Positions 6,561 through 14,836 of a stretch of DNA of 31,045 bases are shown piece by piece. Where the stretch lies: assembly GCA_045655045.1 (NCBI GenBank), contig JAZOON010000012.1, positions 1 through 31,045 of the forward strand, given 5' to 3'. The DNA comes from Eubacteriales bacterium (lineage in GTDB: Bacteria; Bacillota; Clostridia; Oscillospirales; CAG-272). The notes under the pieces were generated by a model that worked only from the letters and a program-made list of their open reading frames with translations, was not told the DNA's origin and made no database searches. Numbering within the stretch: position 1 is the stretch's first letter; every line of letters starts with the position of its first letter. The position numbers were made by a program, and so were the translations under genes.

Positions 6561-9500
6561 TTAATAGTAGAGTGTTACGACCATCTGCGCGGGAAGGTGG
6601 TCGGAGGGGTATTTTTCGCCCGTCGTGGTCGTAGTCTTGTTGTCAAGTATGCGATAGGTGTGAACTACGCCGTCAAAGTTCGAGGTGAACCAGAGGTCGA
6701 TCGCGCCCCAGTTCTCCTCTATCGCTTCGGGATTGATCTGAGTGAAATCATCGGTGGTGCAGGAGTAGAATCTGTCAGCCTTGCTTATAGCAGCCTCTCT
6801 TGCAACGTCTATCGTAACTTTTTCGTCAAGAGACTCTTTTTTGGGATCGATAGTCTTTATATCCGTTATTGCGCCCGTTTCATCGGTAACAGTAACGCTA
6901 CTCTTGAACCAACCTGTTATGGCGCTGTAGGAGTTGTTAAAGTCGCCGCCTATGAACATGGGAAGATCATAGGTAGCAAGCTCCTCATTGGTCTGAAGCT
7001 CCTCAAGTATCTCACGCAGGTAGATCACCTCAAGCTCCTGAACAAAGTGAGAATTAGAATAACTGGTTGTGCCATTCTCGGTAACTGCGCCTATAACGTT
7101 TCCGTTCGAATCCAGAATATAATTGGTTCTTCTTACTATCAGGTGAAGATTTACGTATACGAACCGAACTCCCGTTCCCTCACCGTTTTCGTCAAGGACT
7201 TCGAAGACAACGTAGTTGAGAGCCTTGTAGGAGTTGTCCTTGCAAGGGATGTAGGAAGCCTCGTAGCGGCTGTCAGCATCGGTAAACCAGATAGTGTCGC
7301 TTGAAACAACCTTGAACTTATCCTTCTTGTAGTAAATGGGATTATACATATCCTTGCCCTTTGGATCGTTGTCAGCGTTAAGATCGTCTCCCTTTACTAT
7401 GCCGTAGTCTGCCGCCATAAGTCCCGTATTTCTGGTATCGTCACCGATAGTATCGAACCAGTCAAGCGTGGAATCCGAACCAAAGGTGTTATCAACGGTA
7501 AGCTTTGCTACCTCCTGAAGACCGATTATATCCGCGCCCGAATTTAAGAGATATTCAAGTACGTATTGGTTACGGTTGTCGTATTCAAAGGTAGCTTTGT
7601 CGCCACTCCACCAGTTGTTGCCAGCCTCATCCTCAACGTTTCTGATGTTATAGCTGAGGAAATTGATTTCAAGCGCGTTGGTGTTACGAATTTCGAGAAG
7701 CATATCTCTGTTAGCCTTTGAGTAGGGGCTGTAAACGCCTGACTCGTCGATCTCTTGATTATAATAGAGCTTTTTGTGAACGAAGGTGTCCTCGTAAGCC
7801 ATTTTTGCAACGTCAACTATGCTTCTGGAGTTCTTAGCCTCGCTGTAATCCGCATAGTAGTAGGTTGTGGTATCACCCTCAACTACCTTTATGTAAGCTC
7901 TTGCGGAGAATGCTTTCGAGGGATCGAGAAGATTGGTGAGAACGCCGTTGAACTGATAGAAGCCCTGACCTTCACCGCCAAGATACTTGCTATCGGCGAG
8001 GTCTATTGCCATTTCAAGATAGCTTGTATTGTATTTAAGCTTCGAGAGAGCGTCAACGGTAAATTCGCCGCCCGCCTCGGTTATATAAGACGTGGGAGTG
8101 ATGAGAATACCGAAGGAAACGTCCTTGCCCTCGCCCTTGAAGCTATCAAGATGCTTTTCGCCGATGATAGCGGTGAAACGGATACCCGAAGGCTCGGAGA
8201 AGCGAACGGAAGCACCGTCGTAGGTGTAAAGCTTAAGCAGCGTGTCGTTACCAACTGCCGACGCGGGAGAGGAGATATCGCCCTCGCGAACGATCCAACC
8301 GTTTACGGGAGACTTTCCTACGAGGTCGTACAGTTCAATGTAATACTCGTCTGCAAGAAGCATATAATTGTTGTTATCGTTGTATCTGCAAGCATACAGG
8401 GATTTGCCTGTTGTCATATAGCAATTTTCAATGGTTATGTTCTCATTGAAAGAGCCAAATGCATACATATCGTAGTTTTTGCCTGCATAAACGGTATTTC
8501 TTATGGTAGTAGAGCCTTCTTTTATTACGGTAGTGTCACCTACTTTTTCCTCTTTGTCCTTGTTCCAACCGATTATACCGCTTGCATCGTCTGCGCCGTA
8601 AACGGCTCCGAGCATAAGGCAATCTTCGATAAGAACGGTAAGAGCGTTACCTCTTCCGACGATACCGCCGACGGTTGCGCCCGAAGCTATAACGGTGCCT
8701 GCGAATACGCAGTTTTTGATAGTGAGATTACCGTTGCTGTAAAGTCCGCCGACGATACCGCCAAGCTCGCCTACACCGTTTATTGTAACGTCGTCCGCAA
8801 CGTAGATATTCTCAACGGTAGCAGTGCCCGAAACCTCACCGACGACAGCGCCTGCCCACTGATTAACGTTGTAGGTCGCGTTTTTAACCGCAAGATTCTT
8901 GACTACAGCGCCGTCGCCAATATCACCCAAAAGGCTCGCCGCGTCGTTCGTACAGTTCATTCTGAAGTTTGAAAGGATGAAGTTCTGACCGTCAAATGTT
9001 CCCTCAAATTTGGAAATGCTGTCGGGAGCTACGGGGAGAATCGCTTCGCCGCCAAAGTCTATATCAGCCATGAGCTTTATAGTCTCGCCTTTGAAGGTCG
9101 TACCCATAATTCCGAGGTAAGTGAAGTATTTCCACTCGGAAGCATTTGAAATTTCGTACTCGGTTGCCCATTCCTCAATTCCGTCAATAGAGAAGGTGGT
9201 GAACTTTGAAACGCCCGAGGGAATAATATAGTCATCCTCGCGGACAGTCCAGTTGTTTGCTCCGTCGGGATTAAGCTTATCAGTTATTTTTGTATCAATA
9301 TCCGTTCCGAATACCTTGAAGCTGGACACAAGTCCGTCGCCTACGGCGTAGCTGGAGGAAACGGAAATATAACGGGATGTTCCCTTGTTGTTAGTTATAG
9401 CATTCTGCGCGTAACCTATGGAAACGCAACGGGTTGCGGTGTAGGTAGTCGTAGAACCGGATGAAAGTCGAGTAGCCGAAACTATACCGGATGCGTTTTC

Positions 9501-11462
9501 TCCTCCCGAAACGCTTCCAAGGAAGAGACAGTCGGATATTTCAGTAGGCTTTGTATTTGCTTTTCCAAGAATACCTGCAATATACGTTCCACCCTCGGAG
9601 GTAAGTGTTCCTGCAAATACACAGCCTGTTATTACACCGGAACCGTTATCACCGTACAAGCAACCTACGATACCGCCGGACGCTGCATTCTTGCTTGCAC
9701 TGCTTTGGCGCGCGTGAATATAAACGTCACTGTCTACGTATACATTAGAAATCTTTATAGCACCGCAGGCTTCACCTATCAGACCGCCAACGTAATCTTC
9801 ACCCTCAAAATAAGAGTTTTTGATGCGAAGATTTTTTATGGTTGCAGTGCCAACCTCGCCAAACAAACCGATACCGTCGGCACCTGAATTTTCAACGATA
9901 TAAGCACCCGAAATAGTGTAGCCCTGACCGTCGAAATTACCGTTGAAATTTGGATAAGTGTCAGGGTCATCATTGTAATATCTTCCGGAATTTACAGGTT
10001 CGTTTGCAACGCCGTCGAATACACCTGTTTCTGCCCACTGCTTAGCGTCGCCCTCGTTGAGTGTGATGTCAGCGGTGAGCTTTATGTATTTACCCGAGAA
10101 GCCGTCGGTCTTTGATTGCTCAACGAAGAAGTTCCACATTTTTGCGGAATCTATTTCGTAAGCATCAGCCCAAGAGTCGCCTGACTTGCCCTTCCAGCTT
10201 GGCTTGGTGGTACAAATCTGTGCATAACGGCTCAAAGGAGCAAAGCTTGCAACGCCGGAAGGAACGATAATATCGTTATAAGGTGTTTCACCGTCCGTAC
10301 ATACTTTTGACCAACCTGCGGGAACTATACTAGCATCACAGCCGATAAGCTGGTCTACTGTTATCAAAGTAACACCGTCTGACTTTTCGATTGAGTTTTC
10401 CGTTATGTATGCTGCGTTATTTTTACCCCACACCGTAGTGTAAGAATTTTCAACGGTGAGTGTAGATTCTTTTGCTACAGTTTCTCCAAAAGGATATTCT
10501 TTAAAGGTCTGTCCTGCATAAATACAACCGACGATTGTATTTTTCGATGAATAAGCATTATTACCAATGAAACCGTTGGTATACGTACGTTCAGAGGTAC
10601 TTGTTGAACTTATTGAACCTAATACGAGACAATTTGAAATATTAACATTAAAAATTTTATCATTGGTTTTGTTGCTGTTTCCGCTTCCTATGATACCCGC
10701 ATTAGAGTTTCCTGTTGAGGTTATAACTCCTGCGAAAACACAATCGTTGATTGTAACATCATAGGTATCCTTTTTGTTCTTTGCGGCGCATCCGCCTAAA
10801 ATACCGCCGTTTACATTGCCTGTACTGTTGATATAAACATCTTTTGCAACGTAAATGTTTCTGATTATTGTGCTTCCTCCAGTTTCACTAACTATGGAGC
10901 CCATCCAACCGGCACCATCAAAGCAGGAATTTTCGAGCACAAGATTTTCTACTACGGAAGAGGTTTCTTCAACATTCTTTTGTCCCCAAAGAACCCCAAA
11001 TAATCCGGACTCTGCATCGTTCATATATACTCCGGAAATTGTGTGACCTTTTCCGTTGAACTTTACGCCGTATCTATACCCTACAGTGCTTTCATAGGTA
11101 TAAAAATCGAAAGCAGGTTCAAGAACGTTTTTGGGAGCTTCATTCACCCATTTTGCTGCGTCGCCTTCGTTGAATTTGAGGTTTTTTGTTAACTCGAAGC
11201 AAACGAAATCTGTTAATTGTTGAGCATCAACTTCTAATCCGTTAGACCACTTAACGAAGCCTACCCATTGAGCTGCTGAGCTTATTTTGTAAGGATTTTC
11301 TGCCGTTCCTGCGCCTGTTCCATCGGAGAAAAATGATACGTCGTAGGACGAGCCATCCCAAACGCTCCACTCTTCTTCTGCGCCAACACCTACGGGCATT
11401 ATGGCGAACATACCGACGAGCATTGCAAGAACAAGGATAATTGATAAAATGCGCTTGTTCAT
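6561..11462 (-). CDS. 1633-aa secreted protein: three GLUG-like repeat modules, an unknown (GASVRF) domain and a C-terminal EEP domain
   Basis: Sec signal peptide (..VGA-EEE); GTAENPYKISS, FDGQGYTIS, GLFG, VGGLIG, GGIVG repeats; EEP motifs FLSYNI, IGLQE, VNLH, GGDFNN, IDLWF, SDHLP. Confidence 0.85.
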   Translation of the reverse strand: MNKRILSIILVLAMLVGMFAIMPVGVGAEEEWSVWDGSSYDVSFFSDGTGAGTAENPYKISSAAQWVGFVKWSNGLEVDAQQLTDFVCFELTKNLKFNEGDAAKWVNEAPKNVLEPAFDFYTYESTVGYRYGVKFNGKGHTISGVYMNDAESGLFGVLWGQKNVEETSSVVENLVLENSCFDGAGWMGSIVSETGGSTIIRNIYVAKDVYINSTGNVNGGILGGCAAKNKKDTYDVTINDCVFAGVITSTGNSNAGIIGSGNSNKTNDKIFNVNISNCLVLGSISSTSTSERTYTNGFIGNNAYSSKNTIVGCIYAGQTFKEYPFGETVAKESTLTVENSYTTVWGKNNAAYITENSIEKSDGVTLITVDQLIGCDASIVPAGWSKVCTDGETPYNDIIVPSGVASFAPLSRYAQICTTKPSWKGKSGDSWADAYEIDSAKMWNFFVEQSKTDGFSGKYIKLTADITLNEGDAKQWAETGVFDGVANEPVNSGRYYNDDPDTYPNFNGNFDGQGYTISGAYIVENSGADGIGLFGEVGTATIKNLRIKNSYFEGEDYVGGLIGEACGAIKISNVYVDSDVYIHARQSSASKNAASGGIVGCLYGDNGSGVITGCVFAGTLTSEGGTYIAGILGKANTKPTEISDCLFLGSVSGGENASGIVSATRLSSGSTTTYTATRCVSIGYAQNAITNNKGTSRYISVSSSYAVGDGLVSSFKVFGTDIDTKITDKLNPDGANNWTVREDDYIIPSGVSKFTTFSIDGIEEWATEYEISNASEWKYFTYLGIMGTTFKGETIKLMADIDFGGEAILPVAPDSISKFEGTFDGQNFILSNFRMNCTNDAASLLGDIGDGAVVKNLAVKNATYNVNQWAGAVVGEVSGTATVENIYVADDVTINGVGELGGIVGGLYSNGNLTIKNCVFAGTVIASGATVGGIVGRGNALTVLIEDCLMLGAVYGADDASGIIGWNKDKEEKVGDTTVIKEGSTTIRNTVYAGKNYDMYAFGSFNENITIENCYMTTGKSLYACRYNDNNNYMLLADEYYIELYDLVGKSPVNGWIVREGDISSPASAVGNDTLLKLYTYDGASVRFSEPSGIRFTAIIGEKHLDSFKGEGKDVSFGILITPTSYITEAGGEFTVDALSKLKYNTSYLEMAIDLADSKYLGGEGQGFYQFNGVLTNLLDPSKAFSARAYIKVVEGDTTTYYYADYSEAKNSRSIVDVAKMAYEDTFVHKKLYYNQEIDESGVYSPYSKANRDMLLEIRNTNALEINFLSYNIRNVEDEAGNNWWSGDKATFEYDNRNQYVLEYLLNSGADIIGLQEVAKLTVDNTFGSDSTLDWFDTIGDDTRNTGLMAADYGIVKGDDLNADNDPKGKDMYNPIYYKKDKFKVVSSDTIWFTDADSRYEASYIPCKDNSYKALNYVVFEVLDENGEGTGVRFVYVNLHLIVRRTNYILDSNGNVIGAVTENGTTSYSNSHFVQELEVIYLREILEELQTNEELATYDLPMFIGGDFNNSYSAITGWFKSSVTVTDETGAITDIKTIDPKKESLDEKVTIDVAREAAISKADRFYSCTTDDFTQINPEAIEENWGAIDLWFTSNFDGVVHTYRILDNKTTTTTGEKYPSDHLPAQMVVTLYY

Positions 11463-11686
11463 AATGTTTCTTTCCTTTCATTTATATATTTTTATTTTTT
11501 GGGGTACAAATGGAAATAAGAGATTTTCGCTTTCGCCCACAAGCGGGGCTTACTTCCCAAAAGGGAAGTGCATTGCTAAATCTTTTGCTTAGGATCGGAA
11601 GCCAAGGCTGAGTATTATTTTTATGTGGAGGTAATATTCATTTGAATTACGTTGAACGTAAGCCTTGGCTTCGCGTGTAGTGCCTT

Positions 11687-13102
11687 TTAGTCTTCTTTTT
11701 TCTTAGAGCCGATTGCAAGCGCGCCGCCGATAACAGTTACCAGAGCTATTGCTCCAACGCCAATCGACGAGCCACAGCCGCCTTTTTCTTCAGCTTTTGT
11801 TTCAGCCTCGCCACCGTTCGCCGTATCGACGTCGGTATTATCGTCGATTACTACCGACGGCTCTTCAAATACAGCCGTATACTTTACGTCTGCCGTTACT
11901 GCGCTTATCTCAGGCGTCCAGCCCTTGAATACGTATCCGTCCTTTGTAGGAGTTTCGCCCTTGAAGGAGGGAGTGTCGCCTAAGTTGTAATCCTCAACTG
12001 CAAGCTCCGTTCCGTCCTCGTTGAGCCAAGTGACCTTACGGTCATTGAAGAAGCTCGGAGCGATATCCTTAAGCCCCGTGGGGACGACAATATCGCCGCC
12101 GCGCTTGGAAAAGCCTGTTATTATTGAGCTCGGTCTTCTAAGATTGTCTATAGTTGTAAATATAACGCCGCAGTTTTCGTCGGTGATTTTCGTGTGTGTT
12201 TGATCGTAACTTGAAGAATCCTTTCTTACGCTGTAAACAGAGCCGATATTGGGAGTTCCGTCAATATTATTTGCTGCCACGGTATAACATCCCGTTACCT
12301 CCGCTTCCTTTGCGTGTGCAAAGAACGGACTGCTATAGTAGTATTCGTTCTCAGGACCGCCTGCGTAAATACAGTTGGTGAGAGTTATTTTTGCCGTGCC
12401 GTTAGCACCGACGAAGCCACACGCGTAGGAGTTGCTTACGGTAGGCTTAGTAGCAGGTACTTTTCCTGTAACCATACAGCCTTCTATTACGAGGTCGTGC
12501 GGTTTGTTAGCTGCTGTAGCTCCGTTTCCGACAATACCTCCGCAGGTTCCCTTTCCAACAACTGTACCCGCAAACATACAGTTACGTATAGTTACTGTTG
12601 CTGCGTTACCGCCACAACCGCCGAGAATACCGCCAACGTAGTCAGTACCACCCGTAACGGTAACGTTTTTACCTACGTATATGTTCTCGATAAGTGCCTC
12701 TCCGCTTGTATCGCAGATGAGTGCTCCAATCCATTTGTTATCCAGAGTAAAGGTTGAATCCTCTATGGCAATATTCCTTATTTTTCCGCCAAAGCCACAG
12801 AACAATCCGAGATCCTCGCCGCTATTCTTTGACATTTCAATGTTCTTCAGAACAACACCCTGTCCGTCAAACGTGCCTTTAAAGCCATTTATAGGTGTCA
12901 AGGTTTTGCCTGTAAAGTCAAGCTCCTTTGCTGTTACCTTTACAACTGCTTCGGCAGAGGTGTCGGGAGATTCTGCAAACTCAAGCCATTCGTCTACGCT
13001 TGAAATAGTGATCTCGTCCTCGGCGTTCGCGGTAAACGCGAACGCGAAGAGAGCACTTGTTAGCATGGAAAGGATAATTACTATTGATAATGCCTTTTTC
13101 AT
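11687..13102 (-). CDS. Cell-surface protein: GLUG-like module, InlB B-repeat-like domain, GGCGS-TM-KKKED tail
   Basis: Signal peptide (..ANA-ED); FKGTFDGQG, LGLFCG, VGGILG, GGIVG; VTWLNEDG..PTKDGYVFKGW. Start reassigned to ATG 13102 behind GAAAGGA. Confidence 0.85.
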   Translation of the reverse strand: MKKALSIVIILSMLTSALFAFAFTANAEDEITISSVDEWLEFAESPDTSAEAVVKVTAKELDFTGKTLTPINGFKGTFDGQGVVLKNIEMSKNSGEDLGLFCGFGGKIRNIAIEDSTFTLDNKWIGALICDTSGEALIENIYVGKNVTVTGGTDYVGGILGGCGGNAATVTIRNCMFAGTVVGKGTCGGIVGNGATAANKPHDLVIEGCMVTGKVPATKPTVSNSYACGFVGANGTAKITLTNCIYAGGPENEYYYSSPFFAHAKEAEVTGCYTVAANNIDGTPNIGSVYSVRKDSSSYDQTHTKITDENCGVIFTTIDNLRRPSSIITGFSKRGGDIVVPTGLKDIAPSFFNDRKVTWLNEDGTELAVEDYNLGDTPSFKGETPTKDGYVFKGWTPEISAVTADVKYTAVFEEPSVVIDDNTDVDTANGGEAETKAEEKGGCGSSIGVGAIALVTVIGGALAIGSKKKED

Positions 13103-13153
13103 ATTATCTGTTCCTTTCATTATTCTAATATGTGCTTATAGTTTATTGGATCT

Positions 13154-14812
13154 TCAGTCTTCCTTTTTCTTGGAGCTTACCGCAAGCGCGCTGCCGATAA
13201 CGGTAACTATCGCTATTGCTCCAAGACCAACGGTAGAGCCGCAGCCGCCATCCTCTGTGGCAGCCTCGGTTTCAGACTGGGGAGTTGAGGGAGTAGTGTC
13301 GGTTGTGTTCTTGTCCTTCTTGGGGGGCTTTTCCTCGCCACCGTCCCATACGATGTCGCTTCTGTCACCGTAGAAGGTAGCAGCGTAGGACGTGTTGCCG
13401 AAAACTCGCGTGAATTCGGGAGTCCACTTATCAAAGGTGTAATTGTAAAGCTCATCGGACGTCTTTGTGGGAGCTTCACCGTTGTAGGACGTCTTATTCA
13501 AAAGCTCGCCTGCTTTTGCCGTGGTTGTCTTAAGAACGGTCTTGCCATCCTCGTCGTACCACTTTACCTGATAGGTTACGTCCTTAAACGTTGCGGGAGC
13601 AAAGTTTGCAACGCCCGTGGGAATTATAATATCTCCGTCTCTCTTTGTCCAACCTTCAAGCGTTACGTCCGCACTGTTTCCTATAAACGCATCGAATTTC
13701 TTAGCCTGTACGTTCTCGGGGGTGGTTGTTGCAAGACGGCAAACGTCATAGTCGTTAGAGTCGTCGTAGTAGCAGTTCTTTAAAGTGTTGTTTTTACCCG
13801 TGCCGCTCTTGCACGACGCTATCTGTCTTGCTGAGCCGCCATTGATAGAGCCGACTGTGATACAGCCCTCTATCGTCCATACAGGAGTAAATTCGCCGCC
13901 CTCTTCGGTAGCGTTTCCGTCGTGTCTGCCCATGATTCCCGCCGCGTAGTCACCCTCAGCATTTACGTTACTTGCGTTGAGACAGTTCTTTATCGTAACG
14001 CCGCAGTTGTTTCCGTTGCCGAGAATACCCGCTGCCTGATCGTCCTTTGCAGTCACGTTACCCGTGAATACGCAGTTGCTTATAGTTACGTCCTTACCGC
14101 CGTTCTTTAATATTCCAACGATACCCGCAGCGTCGGTCTTAAATCCAACCACGTTGCCCTGAACGTATACGGAGTCGATAAGAGTCTTAGGCTCTGCCGC
14201 CTGTGCCGTTTCGCACATAGGATAGTTTACGAAAGCCACGAGAGCCGCCGTTTCGGGACAGCTGTTCTTAGTACCCGTGCTTTCCACGTTAGCGTTCACA
14301 AGAACGAGGTTCTTTATGGTTGCGCCGCTTACTACCGCAAACAGACCCGCGCCGTCGCGGTCCTTGCTCGTGCGCTTTACGTAAAGGTCGGAAATGGTGT
14401 GACCGTTTCCGTCGAACACGCCTCTGAATACCGAGGAGTCAGAGAAATTTGTCTTGCCGCAATTGCAACCGTTATTTTCGCATTTCGGTTCTGCCGTGCT
14501 GACTCCTATGGGAGTCCAATTTTGCGTGGGGTTGAGCTTGATGTCGTCAACGAGCTTGTAGTAAGCCTCGGCATACTTAAGCTCGTTTGCGTTGCTCGCC
14601 TTTTCGTTTACGTTTTTTGCCATAAGCGCGAGCTGTGCGCCGTTTGCTATCTGATAGGGGTTACTCTGTGTTCCGTCGCCGCCTGCGAAGCTGCTCGCCA
14701 CGGAGCCGTCCCAAGCAGTTGCAGAAGCTTCCGTTGCACTAACGCTCGAAATTCCCGCGAGCGCGCCAACGAGAAGCAGTGCGCTTAGAATTACACTTAA
14801 AAGTTTCTTCAT
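13154..14812 (-). CDS. Cell-surface protein: GLUG-like module, InlB B-repeat-like domain, GGCGS-TM-KKKED tail
   Basis: Signal peptide; WDGSVASSFAGGDGTQSNPYQIANGAQL, FRGVFDGNGHTIS, AGLFA; VKWYDEDG..PTK..YTFDKW; RBS AAGGAGG. Confidence 0.85.
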   Translation of the reverse strand: MKKLLSVILSALLLVGALAGISSVSATEASATAWDGSVASSFAGGDGTQSNPYQIANGAQLALMAKNVNEKASNANELKYAEAYYKLVDDIKLNPTQNWTPIGVSTAEPKCENNGCNCGKTNFSDSSVFRGVFDGNGHTISDLYVKRTSKDRDGAGLFAVVSGATIKNLVLVNANVESTGTKNSCPETAALVAFVNYPMCETAQAAEPKTLIDSVYVQGNVVGFKTDAAGIVGILKNGGKDVTISNCVFTGNVTAKDDQAAGILGNGNNCGVTIKNCLNASNVNAEGDYAAGIMGRHDGNATEEGGEFTPVWTIEGCITVGSINGGSARQIASCKSGTGKNNTLKNCYYDDSNDYDVCRLATTTPENVQAKKFDAFIGNSADVTLEGWTKRDGDIIIPTGVANFAPATFKDVTYQVKWYDEDGKTVLKTTTAKAGELLNKTSYNGEAPTKTSDELYNYTFDKWTPEFTRVFGNTSYAATFYGDRSDIVWDGGEEKPPKKDKNTTDTTPSTPQSETEAATEDGGCGSTVGLGAIAIVTVIGSALAVSSKKKED

Positions 14813-14836
14813 AAAAGCCTCCTTATTGTAATATGC

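Noticed and set aside
7755-8972. 405-aa plus-strand ORF (also 6597..7304, 12681..13373, 19176..19718, 28173..28871, 29022..30143)
   Set aside because: All lie antisense to well-supported genes and show shadow-type composition with no recognisable domain.
11530-11686. Known riboswitch (c-di-GMP, T-box, SAM) in the long intergenic gap
   Set aside because: The diagnostic conserved motifs are not recognisable; kept only as an unexplained structure.
6561-14812. Cellulosome (cohesin/dockerin), SLH or LPxTG anchoring
   Set aside because: No duplicated dockerin Ca-binding motifs, SLH repeats or LPxTG motif are visible in these proteins.
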